This document shows, piece by piece, positions 29,924-38,772 of a stretch of DNA of 64,000 nucleotides. Numbering within the stretch: position 1 is the stretch's first letter; the number at the start of each line of letters is the position of its first letter. The notes under the pieces were generated by a model. The model saw only the letters and a program-made list of their open reading frames with translations, was not told the origin of the DNA and made no database searches. The DNA comes from Alphaproteobacteria bacterium (GTDB lineage: Bacteria > Pseudomonadota > Alphaproteobacteria > SMXQ01). Both the position numbers and the translations under genes were made by a program. The stretch is from assembly GCA_036500145.1 (NCBI GenBank), contig DASYCO010000066.1, positions 47,602-111,601 of the forward strand. The letters run 5' to 3'.

Positions 29924-30441
29924 CCACGACTGGGGGCACTGGTACTGGAGGAATGGGCCCGGAAGGCCGGCCGGCCGGCTATGGGCGCGGCTGGCGCTGG
30001 TTCCATGAGGGCTGGAACTGGAAGCGCGCCGCCATCGTCGCGTCGGTGGCGCTCAACCTGTTCTTCCTCGGCCTGATCGGCGCTTGGCAGGGCAGGGCCC
30101 TTTTCGGCCCGCCGCCGCCGGGCCCGAGCATCCCGCGCATGCTGGCAGGCACGCTGCGCAACCTGCCCGACGCAGACCGCCAGCTGCTCGAACAGGTGTT
30201 CCAGTCGCGCCGCCACGAAATCGGCCAGCTCGCCGAAGGCCTGCGCCACACGCGCGGCGACATGAGCCGCGCGCTGCGCCGCCCCGACTTCGACCCGGCC
30301 GACTTCGACGCCAAGGCCATGGCGGCCCGCGAAGCGCGCTCGCGCCTCGACGCGGCCCTGCAGGACGTCTACCGCGACGCGGCCAAGGACATGACGCCGG
30401 AAGGCCGCGACAGGCTCGGCCGCACGCGCCGGCCAGGCTGA
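29920..30441 (+). CDS. membrane-anchored periplasmic Spy/CpxP-like (heavy-metal-sensor-like) protein
   Basis: ATGA overlap with the upstream gene. N-terminal anchor AAIVASVALNLFFLGLIGAW, then a helical domain with LPDADRQLLEQVF and MTPEGRDRL motifs. Confidence 0.5.
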   Translation: MTTTGGTGTGGMGPEGRPAGYGRGWRWFHEGWNWKRAAIVASVALNLFFLGLIGAWQGRALFGPPPPGPSIPRMLAGTLRNLPDADRQLLEQVFQSRRHEIGQLAEGLRHTRGDMSRALRRPDFDPADFDAKAMAAREARSRLDAALQDVYRDAAKDMTPEGRDRLGRTRRPG

Positions 30442-30552
30442 CGGTCACCCGCTGACGGTGATGAACTGACCGTCTGGCGCCCGGCTGGCGAGCCTCCCCC
30501 GGATGCCGTAAAAAGGACGGCATAAGAAACAAACGATCTGGGGAGCCTGCAA

Positions 30553-31431
30553 ATGTCGAAGAATCCGCTCGAAGGCCGCGTCGTCATCGTCACCGGAGGC
30601 GGCCGCGGCATGGGCCGCGCCATGGCGCTGGGCTTCGCCCGTGCCGGCGCCGCCGGCGTGGCGGTGACCTCCGCCGGCTCGCCCGACGAGACCGCGGCGG
30701 TGGCCCGCGAGATCGACGCCATCGCCGGCCGTCCGGCAGGGATGGCGCTGACCGCCGACGTCGGCGACGCGGCGGCCTGCGCGCGCGCCGTGGAAGCCGT
30801 GGTGGCGCGCTTCGGCGCCTTGCACATCCTGATGAGCAACGCCGGCAAGGGCATGCGCCACGTCGGCGAATCGCGTGGCGCATTCTGGAAGGCCGATTCG
30901 GCAGGCTGGGACAGCGTCATCGCCACCAACGTCAACGGCCCCTTCCACATGGCCAAGCCGGCCGTGCCGCACATGATCGCCGCCGGCTGGGGGCGCATCG
31001 TCAACATCAGCAAGACCATCGATTCGATGCACGAGGTCGGCAACTCGCCCTACGGCTGCAGCAAGGCTGCGGTGGACGCCATGACGATGTCCTGGGCGCA
31101 AGACCTGGAAGGCACTGGCGTCACCGCCAACCTGCTGGCGCCCGGCGGCCTGGTGAACACGACCTTCTCGCGCGCCAACGCCATCACCCGCGCCCGCGAC
31201 ACCGGCAAGAAGCTGTTCGAGGCGGAGGACATCGTGCCGGCGGCGGTCTGGCTCGCCTCGGAAGATTCGGCCAGCTACACCGGCTGCCGCTTCAACGCCG
31301 CGCGCTGGGACGACAAGCTGCCGCCGTCGGAGGCGGGCGCGCTCGCCCACGAGCGGCCGATCTTCCCGGCGCCGGGCCGCTCCAACAAGCTGGCCGCGGC
31401 CTGGAACGTCCGCTCAGCCGTGCAGGCCTGA
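30553..31431 (+). CDS. SDR-family oxidoreductase
   Basis: VIVTGGGRGMGRAMA cofactor motif, NAG motif (MSNAGKG), and catalytic Y..K (SPYGCSKAAV). Confidence 0.85.
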   Translation: MSKNPLEGRVVIVTGGGRGMGRAMALGFARAGAAGVAVTSAGSPDETAAVAREIDAIAGRPAGMALTADVGDAAACARAVEAVVARFGALHILMSNAGKGMRHVGESRGAFWKADSAGWDSVIATNVNGPFHMAKPAVPHMIAAGWGRIVNISKTIDSMHEVGNSPYGCSKAAVDAMTMSWAQDLEGTGVTANLLAPGGLVNTTFSRANAITRARDTGKKLFEAEDIVPAAVWLASEDSASYTGCRFNAARWDDKLPPSEAGALAHERPIFPAPGRSNKLAAAWNVRSAVQA

Positions 31432-31586
31432 GCCTTATCTGGCGGCGCCGAAGGTTCCCGCGCTTTCTGCGCCCTTGCGGGGGCGGCGGCGCCGCCCGAT
31501 ATCCTGACGGGGGCGGCCGTTCCCGCTAGAATGGCCGCATCCTCTGCGCCCGCAAGCCTGGGCGCGCATCACCGTCAGGAATCCGC

Positions 31587-33554
31587 ATGAGTCTCGCCGA
31601 GGGCGCCTCCGGCCGGCAGCCCAACCCAGTCGATCCATCCATGCAAGATTTCGGTACGGGCGCCCCCCGGCCGCCGCGCAAGGGCATGGCCCAGCGCCTC
31701 GACCTGCATGTGCTGCGCGCCATGGCGCCCTATCTCTGGACCGCCAACCCGCTGGAGCTGAGGCTGCGCGTCGTCGGCGCGCTGGTCCTGCTCTGCATCT
31801 CGACGCTGACCAACGTCTATGTGCCGATGGTCTACAAGATGGCGGTCGACGCCATGACCGTGAAGTCGGGCGCGCCGGTCGCCGTCGCCCTGCCGGTGGC
31901 GGTCATCCTCGGCTACGGCCTGCTGCGCTTCGTCGCGGCCGCCTCGGGCGAACTCCGCGACGCCCTGTTCGTCAAGGTGACGCAGCGCGCCGTGCGCCTC
32001 GTCGCCTACCAGATCTTCCAGCACCTGCACGCGTTGTCGCTGCGCTTCCACCTCGACCGCCAGACCGGCGGCCTCAGCCGGGTGATCGAGCGCGGCATCA
32101 AGGGCATCGAGTTCGTGCTCGCCTTCATGCTGTTCAACATCGTGCCGACGGTGGCGGAGATACTGATCGTCTGCGGCATCATGTGGGCGCTCTACGACAT
32201 CCGCTTCGCCGCCGTCACCTTCGTCACCATCAGCTCCTACATCGTCTTCACCCTGATCGTCACCGAATGGCGGATGAAGTTCCGCCGCGTGATGAACGAG
32301 ATCGACAGCACCGCCAACACGCGCGCCGTCGACAGCCTGCTCAACTTCGAGACGGTGAAGTACTTCAACAACGAAGAGCACGAGGTGCGGCGCTACGACG
32401 AGGCCATGTCGCGCTACGAGCGCGCCGCCAACTGGAACAAGACCTCGCTGTCCTACCTCAACATCGGCCAGGCCTTCATCATCGCTGGCGGGCTCATCGT
32501 CGTCATGCTGATGGCCGGGCAGGGCGTCGCCGACGGCACCATGACCGTGGGCGACTTCGTGCTGGTCAACACCTACCTGATCCAGCTCTACCTGCCGCTC
32601 GACTTCCTCGGCTACGTCTATCGCGAGATCAAGCAGTCGCTCACCGACATGGAATCGATGTTCCACCTGCTCGGCGTCGACCGCGAGATCAAGAACGCGC
32701 CCGATGCCAGGCCGCTGGCGGTCGCGGGCGGCGAGGTGTCCTTCCGGCACGTCGATTTCGGCTACGACGCGGCGCGGCCGATTCTGAAGGACGTCGACTT
32801 CACCGTGCCGGCGGGCCGCACGGTCGCCATCGTCGGCCCGAGCGGGGCCGGCAAGTCGACCATCTCGCGCCTGCTGTTCCGCTTCTACGACGTGGGCGGC
32901 GGCTCCATCGCCATCGACGGCCAGGACATCCGCGAGGTGACGCAGGAGAGCCTGCGCCAGTCGATCGGCATCGTCCCGCAGGACACCGTGCTGTTCAACG
33001 ACACGATCTACTACAACATTGCCTACGGCCGGCCCGGCGCGACCGCCCAGGAAGTGGAGGAGGCGGCGAAGCTGGCGGCGATCCACGACTTCATCGTCTC
33101 GACGCCGCAGGGCTACGACACGCGCGTCGGCGAGCGCGGCTTGAAGCTGTCGGGCGGCGAGAAGCAGCGCGTCGCCATCGCGCGCACGATCCTGAAGCGG
33201 CCGGCGATCCTGCTGTTCGACGAGGCGACCTCGGCGCTCGACTCGCACACGGAAAAGGAAATCCAGGCGGCCCTGCACCAGGTCTCGGCCAACCGCACGA
33301 CGCTGGTCATCGCGCACCGCCTGTCGACCGTGACCCACGCCGACGAGATCCTCGTGCTGGAGGCAGGGCGCATCGTCGAGCGCGGCCGGCATGCCGAGCT
33401 GCTGGAGCGGCGAGGCAAGTATGCCGCCATGTGGGCGCGCCAGCTCGAGGCGAGCCACCTGCGCGAGAGCCTGGCCCAGGACCTGGGCGACGAGCTGGCG
33501 ACGCGCGAGATGGCGAGCGAGGGCCTGGGCGAAGAGGTTCTGCGGAAAGTCTAG
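31587..33554 (+). CDS. fused permease/ATPase ABC exporter, Atm1/ABCB7-like
   Basis: Six-helix transmembrane domain, Walker A GPSGAGKST, signature LSGGEKQRVAIAR, Walker B ILLFDEATSALD. The overall pattern is typical of bacterial Atm1-type exporters. Confidence 0.8.
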   Translation: MSLAEGASGRQPNPVDPSMQDFGTGAPRPPRKGMAQRLDLHVLRAMAPYLWTANPLELRLRVVGALVLLCISTLTNVYVPMVYKMAVDAMTVKSGAPVAVALPVAVILGYGLLRFVAAASGELRDALFVKVTQRAVRLVAYQIFQHLHALSLRFHLDRQTGGLSRVIERGIKGIEFVLAFMLFNIVPTVAEILIVCGIMWALYDIRFAAVTFVTISSYIVFTLIVTEWRMKFRRVMNEIDSTANTRAVDSLLNFETVKYFNNEEHEVRRYDEAMSRYERAANWNKTSLSYLNIGQAFIIAGGLIVVMLMAGQGVADGTMTVGDFVLVNTYLIQLYLPLDFLGYVYREIKQSLTDMESMFHLLGVDREIKNAPDARPLAVAGGEVSFRHVDFGYDAARPILKDVDFTVPAGRTVAIVGPSGAGKSTISRLLFRFYDVGGGSIAIDGQDIREVTQESLRQSIGIVPQDTVLFNDTIYYNIAYGRPGATAQEVEEAAKLAAIHDFIVSTPQGYDTRVGERGLKLSGGEKQRVAIARTILKRPAILLFDEATSALDSHTEKEIQAALHQVSANRTTLVIAHRLSTVTHADEILVLEAGRIVERGRHAELLERRGKYAAMWARQLEASHLRESLAQDLGDELATREMASEGLGEEVLRKV

Positions 33555-33582
33555 AGCGTCGTCGGGCTGCCGGGCCTGACTG

Positions 33583-35181
33583 CTAGACTGCGGCGCCATG
33601 CCGTAGCGGCAGGCTGGACTGCTCGCTGGCGGCGCGCGCGACGATGCGCGCCTGCGGGAAGAACAGCGTGATCGTCGTGCCGACGCCGAGGGCGCTGTCG
33701 ATCATCATGGTGCCGTCGTGCAGCTCGACCAGGGCCTTGACCAGCGGCAGGCCAAGGCCGGTGCCGGCGTGCTCGCGGTTCTGCGCGCTGTCGATCTGCA
33801 CGTAGGGCGTCATCGCCTTGGGGATGTCCTCCGCCGCCATGCCGATGCCGGAATCGCTGACCGCGATCCACAGGCTATCGGTGGTGAGGCCGCCGCGCAC
33901 CGAGATGGCGCCGCCTTCCAGCGTGAACTTCACGGCGTTCGACAGCAGGTTGTTGAGGATCTGGCGCATCATCTGGCGGTCGGCGCGCAGCAGCGGCAGG
34001 TCGACGTCGAGGTCGGCCTGCAGGCGCAGTGCGTGGCGGCTGGCGCGGTCGACGAACAGGCGCAGGGTCGTCTCGGTCAGGTCGAGAAGGTCGATTTCCT
34101 CCTCGCGCAGCTCCTGGCGCCCGGATTCGAACTTGGCGCTGTCGAGGATCTCGTTGACCATGTCGAGCAGGTGCAGCGCGCTTTCGTGGATGTCGCCGGC
34201 ATATTCCCGGTAGCGCTTGTTGCCGATGGGGCCGAGCACCTCGCCCTTCATCATCTGCGCGAAGCCGATGACGGCGTTGAGCGGCGTGCGCAGCTCATGG
34301 CTCATCAGGGCGATGAACTCGCTCTTGCTGCGGTTGGCGCGCAGCGCCTCGGCGACGGCCTGCTCGAGGTGGTCGCGCGAGACGGTGGTCTCCTTGAGGT
34401 TGCGGGCCATGCGGCGCAGCGAATCGGCGAGCGCGCCGATCTCGTCCTCGCGGTGGACCGGCACTTCGGCGTCGTAGTCGCCGCGGCCGTAGCGCATGGT
34501 GAGCTGGCCGAGCTGCTCGATGGGGCGGCTGAGGTCGCGCGCGCTCCACATGGCGAGCAGCAGGCTGGCGAGCAGCACGGCGACCGCCCCGACGAGCACG
34601 AGAACCAGGTGCTCGGCGCTTTCGCGGCTCGCCGTCTTGGCCAGCTCGGCCTCGATGGGCGCCAGGCTGGCCGACAGCGGCGTCAGCGGCAGGCCGAGAT
34701 GCACGGCGCCGATGGGGCCTTGCGGCCCCATGACGGCGGCGGTGGCGTTCATCACGCCGTCGCGTTCCCAGGACTGGCTCTCGCCGCTGTCCAGGCTCTT
34801 GCGGACATGGTCGGCGCTGACCTGCTGTGCGGCGGCGGGCTCCGCGCCCTTGGCGTAGAGCAGCGTGCCGCCGGCGTCGAACACGCGCAGGAAGGTGAAG
34901 GCCTGGCTGGCGTCGATGTTGTCGGCGTTCGCCGACAGCATGACGGCGTTGCGCCAGGAGAGGGCGTCGCGCAGGGCGCCGGAGGTGAGGTCGGCGACGA
35001 GCCGCGCGCGGTTGTTGGCCAGCACGTCGAGGGTCGTCGTCATGGCGCGCAGGCTCGCCGCCTTGGTCTCGTCGTGCTGGCGCGTGACCTGGATCGTCAT
35101 GATGAAGGTGAAGACCGCGATGACGGCGGCGGCCAGCGACAGGAAGGCGAGGGCATAGCGGCGGCGCAGCGGCATCTTCAT
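33583..35181 (-). CDS. sensor histidine kinase (periplasmic domain, HAMP, HisKA, HATPase); no adjacent response regulator
   Basis: H-box MSHELRTPLNAVIGF, N-box LNNLLSNAVKF, G-boxes DSGIGM and GTGLGLPLVKAL. Confidence 0.88.
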   Translation of the reverse strand: MKMPLRRRYALAFLSLAAAVIAVFTFIMTIQVTRQHDETKAASLRAMTTTLDVLANNRARLVADLTSGALRDALSWRNAVMLSANADNIDASQAFTFLRVFDAGGTLLYAKGAEPAAAQQVSADHVRKSLDSGESQSWERDGVMNATAAVMGPQGPIGAVHLGLPLTPLSASLAPIEAELAKTASRESAEHLVLVLVGAVAVLLASLLLAMWSARDLSRPIEQLGQLTMRYGRGDYDAEVPVHREDEIGALADSLRRMARNLKETTVSRDHLEQAVAEALRANRSKSEFIALMSHELRTPLNAVIGFAQMMKGEVLGPIGNKRYREYAGDIHESALHLLDMVNEILDSAKFESGRQELREEEIDLLDLTETTLRLFVDRASRHALRLQADLDVDLPLLRADRQMMRQILNNLLSNAVKFTLEGGAISVRGGLTTDSLWIAVSDSGIGMAAEDIPKAMTPYVQIDSAQNREHAGTGLGLPLVKALVELHDGTMMIDSALGVGTTITLFFPQARIVARAASEQSSLPLRHGAAV

Positions 35182-35421
35182 TGCCGGACTCCTGCGCAGG
35201 ACAGGATGCGGGCGGGGCCAGCCTCGGGGGATGGCGTCGTCGGTGCCGAAGGCCGGCGTCGGCGGGAGTCCTGCATAAGTCTAGAATGCGGCAAAAGCAG
35301 TTAAAAAATGTTTAATGTTCAAGGAACCTCCAATGTTTCCATTACGTTACAGCCCGCGCGGTTCCTCACCCTGTGACAGCGCCGGACAAAACGCCTAGTT
35401 TGTCGGTCCCTCTCACCGCCC

Positions 35422-37911
35422 ATGATCCGTCTCTCCGCCATGGCCTCACCGTCCTTCCGCATGCCCGCAGTTTTCAAACGCTCCGCGCGCGCCGGCGCGG
35501 CGCTGCTCGCGCTCGCCCTGCTTGCGTCCGTCCAGCTTGATGGGCCGGCGTTCGCCCAGCAGCCTGCTCCGGACGCTGCACCGCCGGCCGCCGCCAGCGA
35601 CGCCCTGCTGACGGCGACCCCGACCGGCGATCTAGAGGCTCTGACTAGGACGCTGGAAGACGACGCGGCGCGGGCGCGCTTCGTGCAGCAGCTGCGTGCC
35701 CTGATCGAGGCGCGCCGTCTTGGCGGTCCCATGCCCGCGGTTCCGCCGGTCGCAGCGCCTGCGCCAGCACCCGTGGCAGCGCCCCAGGCAGCGCCCCAGG
35801 CAGCGCCCCAGGCAGCGCCGGCTCCCGCGCCGGCGGCCAGCGAGGAAGAGACCGAGGTCGCCAAGAACAACCTGGGCGCGCGGCTGATCTTCACGGTTTC
35901 GAGCGGCGTGCAGCATCTGAGCGAGCAGGTGATGTCGGGCGTCGGCGTGCTGCGCGACCTGCCACGCATGGCGCAATGGGTGAAGCAGCAGGCCGAGCAT
36001 CGCCCGACCCGCAATTTCTGGCTCGGCCTGTTCGGCAAGCTGCTCGTCGTGCTGGCCTGCGGCTACGCCGCCGAATGGCTGGTCGCCCGCGGCCTGTCGG
36101 CGCCGCGCCGGCGCGTCGAATCCCATCCGGCGGAAGGCCTGCTGCAGCGCCTGCTGCTCGGCGCGGCGCGCTGCTGCCTCGACGTCCTCACCGTCGTCGC
36201 CTTCGGCGCGGCGGCCTATGGCGTGCTGACCTTCGTCGAGCCCGGCCCGCGCACGCGCCTCGTCATCCTCGCCATCGTCAACGCGCACATCGCCGTGCGC
36301 ATCCTGCTGGCGCTGGTGCGCGTGCTGCTGGCGCCGACGGCGAGCCGCCTGCGGCCGCTGCATTTCGCCGACGAGACGGCGAACTACCTCTACATCTGGG
36401 TGCGCCGCATCGGCTCCGTGGTGATCTACGGCTACTTCGGCGCCGAGACGCTGCTGCTGCTGCGCTTCGGGCGCAACGCGCACGACCTCGCGCTCAAGAT
36501 GGTCGGCCTCGTCACCGTGACCATGCTGGTCATCTTCGTGCTGCAGAACCGCTCGTCGGTGGCCGACTGGCTGCGCGCCCATTCCGGGCGCGGCGCCTTG
36601 GCGGCGGTGCTCGGCCGCCTCGCCGACCTCTGGCACCTGCTGGCGGCGACCTACCTCATCGCCATCTACGTCGTGTGGATCCTCGAAGTGCCGCACGGCT
36701 TCGAGTACCTCATGCGGGCGACGGCGCTGACGCTGCTCATCGCCGTCGTGGCGCGCATCCTGATCGCCGGCACCGACCGCGTGGTCAATCGCCTGTTCCG
36801 CGTCAGCGGCGAGCTCAAGCTGCGCTACCCCGGCCTGGAAGGCCGCGCCAACCGCTACCTGCCGGTGCTCGGCAAGGTCATCCGCGCGGCGATCTACGCC
36901 ATCGCGCTGCTGTTCATCCTGCAGTCCTGGGGCGTGCAGTCGCTTGCCTGGCTCACGTCGAAGGCGGGCACGCAGTTCGTCGGCACGGGGCTCAGCATCG
37001 CCCTCGTGCTGGCCCTGGCGCTCGCCGCCTGGGAGGCGGCCAGCGTCTCGATCGACCGCTACGCCGCCCGGCTCGACGCCGCCGACCCGCACAGCGCCCG
37101 CGCGCGCACGCTGCTGCCGCTGGTGCGCACCGCCATCACGGTGCTGATGTTCGTCATGGTCGGGCTGATCGTGCTGTCGCAGGTCGGCATCGACATCACG
37201 CCGCTGCTGGCGGGCGCCGGCGTCATCGGCATCGCCATCGGCTTCGGCTCGCAGAAGCTGGTGCAGGACGTCATCAACGGCCTGTTCATCCTGGCCGAGG
37301 ACACGATCTCGGTCGGCGACGTGGTCAACCTCGACGGCCACGGCGGCCAGGTCGAGGCCATGACCGTGCGCCACATCCGCCTGCGCGACTTCGACGGCAG
37401 CCTGTGGACGCTGCCGTTCAGCGAGGTCAAGGCGATCCTCAACATGACGAAGACCTATTCGCGCTACGTCTTCGACGTGAACGTCGACCCCAAGCAGGAC
37501 GTCGACCAGGTCATCGCCATCATCCGCGAGGTCGGCGAGGAGATGCGCGCCGACGAGAAGTTCGGCCCGCTGATGCTGGAGCCGGTGGAGATCGTCGGCC
37601 TCGACAAGTTCGGGCCGACCGGCTCGCTGGTGAAGGCGCGCGTCATGACGCCGCCGATCCGCCAGTGGGACGTCGGCCGCGAATTCAACCGCCGCCTGAA
37701 GAAGCGCTTCGACGAGAACGGCGTCCTGGTCGCGCCGTCGAACCGCACGACCTTCTACCTGCAGAACGTCGACGACCTGCAGGCGTCCATGAAGGCGAAC
37801 CCGCCGAGCGCGGCGCTGCGGACCGACGCTCAGGTGGCCGACGACAAGGCGGGCAACCAGCGGCCGGGCGCGCAGCCGGCGCCGACCAACCAGGATCCCA
37901 AGCCGGCCTGA
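35422..37911 (+). CDS. mechanosensitive ion channel family protein (large MscS/MscK-like)
   Basis: Signal-like N-terminus, multiple transmembrane helices, and an MscS core GAGVIGIAIGFGSQKLVQDVINGLFILAEDTISVGDVV. Confidence 0.85.
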   Translation: MIRLSAMASPSFRMPAVFKRSARAGAALLALALLASVQLDGPAFAQQPAPDAAPPAAASDALLTATPTGDLEALTRTLEDDAARARFVQQLRALIEARRLGGPMPAVPPVAAPAPAPVAAPQAAPQAAPQAAPAPAPAASEEETEVAKNNLGARLIFTVSSGVQHLSEQVMSGVGVLRDLPRMAQWVKQQAEHRPTRNFWLGLFGKLLVVLACGYAAEWLVARGLSAPRRRVESHPAEGLLQRLLLGAARCCLDVLTVVAFGAAAYGVLTFVEPGPRTRLVILAIVNAHIAVRILLALVRVLLAPTASRLRPLHFADETANYLYIWVRRIGSVVIYGYFGAETLLLLRFGRNAHDLALKMVGLVTVTMLVIFVLQNRSSVADWLRAHSGRGALAAVLGRLADLWHLLAATYLIAIYVVWILEVPHGFEYLMRATALTLLIAVVARILIAGTDRVVNRLFRVSGELKLRYPGLEGRANRYLPVLGKVIRAAIYAIALLFILQSWGVQSLAWLTSKAGTQFVGTGLSIALVLALALAAWEAASVSIDRYAARLDAADPHSARARTLLPLVRTAITVLMFVMVGLIVLSQVGIDITPLLAGAGVIGIAIGFGSQKLVQDVINGLFILAEDTISVGDVVNLDGHGGQVEAMTVRHIRLRDFDGSLWTLPFSEVKAILNMTKTYSRYVFDVNVDPKQDVDQVIAIIREVGEEMRADEKFGPLMLEPVEIVGLDKFGPTGSLVKARVMTPPIRQWDVGREFNRRLKKRFDENGVLVAPSNRTTFYLQNVDDLQASMKANPPSAALRTDAQVADDKAGNQRPGAQPAPTNQDPKPA
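35776..35819 (+). repeat. 12-bp in-frame tandem repeat (GCAGCGCCCCAG, about 3.7 copies) encoding (AAPQ)n inside the MscS-like gene
   Basis: Read directly from the sequence: three perfect units plus a partial fourth. Confidence 0.9.
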
Positions 37912-37933
37912 TCTTCCGTCAGTCTAGCGGCCG

Positions 37934-38677
37934 TCAGTCGAGCGGCGGGGCGTCGTCCAGGCTGGCGGCGTCGATCACGCGGCGCGCGATGGCGTAGGGA
38001 AAGCCGCCGCGCGCCATGGCGCCCATGTCGCGCATGCGCAAGTCCGCGCGCTGCTCCTGCCGGCGGTAGGGGCCGAGCTTCTTGCGCCGGGCCAGCCGCC
38101 AGGCCGCCTGCAATTCCGCATCCTCTCCGTCCGCCAGGCTGTCCGCGTCGGCGGCGACCACCGCCTCGGCGATGTCGTCGGACGTCACGCGCTTGGCGCG
38201 CAGGTTCTGGGCGATGACGCTGCGGCTGGCGCCTCGCCGGCGGAGCGAGCGAGCCCGCCCGGCGGCATAGGCGGAATCGTCGAGCAGGCCGGAGCGCAGG
38301 AAGCGCGCGATCAGCGCATCGACCATCTCGCGGCCGGCCACCGGATCCGTGTCGTGGGCGCGCGCCGAACGGTCGACGCGGCGCAGCAGCAGTTGCCGAA
38401 GATGGCCCGACGAGGCGCTGAAGCGCCCGAGGTAGTAGAGCGCCGCGTTCTCGAGATATTGCGCCGTGACCTTGCGCACCGGCCGCGGCTCGCGGCGGGC
38501 TGGGGGCTTGTCGCCCGGCGCGGCGCCCGGTTCGCCGGCAGCCTGGCTGCGCTTCTTGCCGAAGCCGCCTTGGCCCAAACCGCTTCTCTGGTTCAAGCCG
38601 CCTTGACCGAAGCCCCCTTGGCCGAAGCGCGAACGCGCCTTTTTTTCCTTGGATGGCTTGGGATCGTCTTCGGACAT
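37934..38677 (-). CDS. recX: recombination regulator RecX, with a Gly-rich N-terminal extension
   Basis: RecX core YLENAALYYLGRFSASSGHLRQLLLRRV...LIARFLRSGLLDDSAYA. ATG 38677 (MSEDDPK) is chosen. Confidence 0.8.
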   Translation of the reverse strand: MSEDDPKPSKEKKARSRFGQGGFGQGGLNQRSGLGQGGFGKKRSQAAGEPGAAPGDKPPARREPRPVRKVTAQYLENAALYYLGRFSASSGHLRQLLLRRVDRSARAHDTDPVAGREMVDALIARFLRSGLLDDSAYAAGRARSLRRRGASRSVIAQNLRAKRVTSDDIAEAVVAADADSLADGEDAELQAAWRLARRKKLGPYRRQEQRADLRMRDMGAMARGGFPYAIARRVIDAASLDDAPPLD

Positions 38678-38772
38678 GGGACGGCGATTCTGGCAGGGCG
38701 GCACCCGCCTGTCACCCGGCCCTGTCGTCCAGCGAGGGAATAGTTGCGGCAGGGGCGCAGGCTGGCGCTATA

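Noticed and set aside
27954-30441. Genomic island integrated at tRNA-Arg. The same idea applies to tRNA-Gly at 53267-55341.
   Set aside because: There is no integrase, transposase or phage gene, and I could see no direct repeat of the tRNA 3' end downstream. The gene content is plausible core envelope-stress and housekeeping. I kept this only as a weak caveat in the findings.
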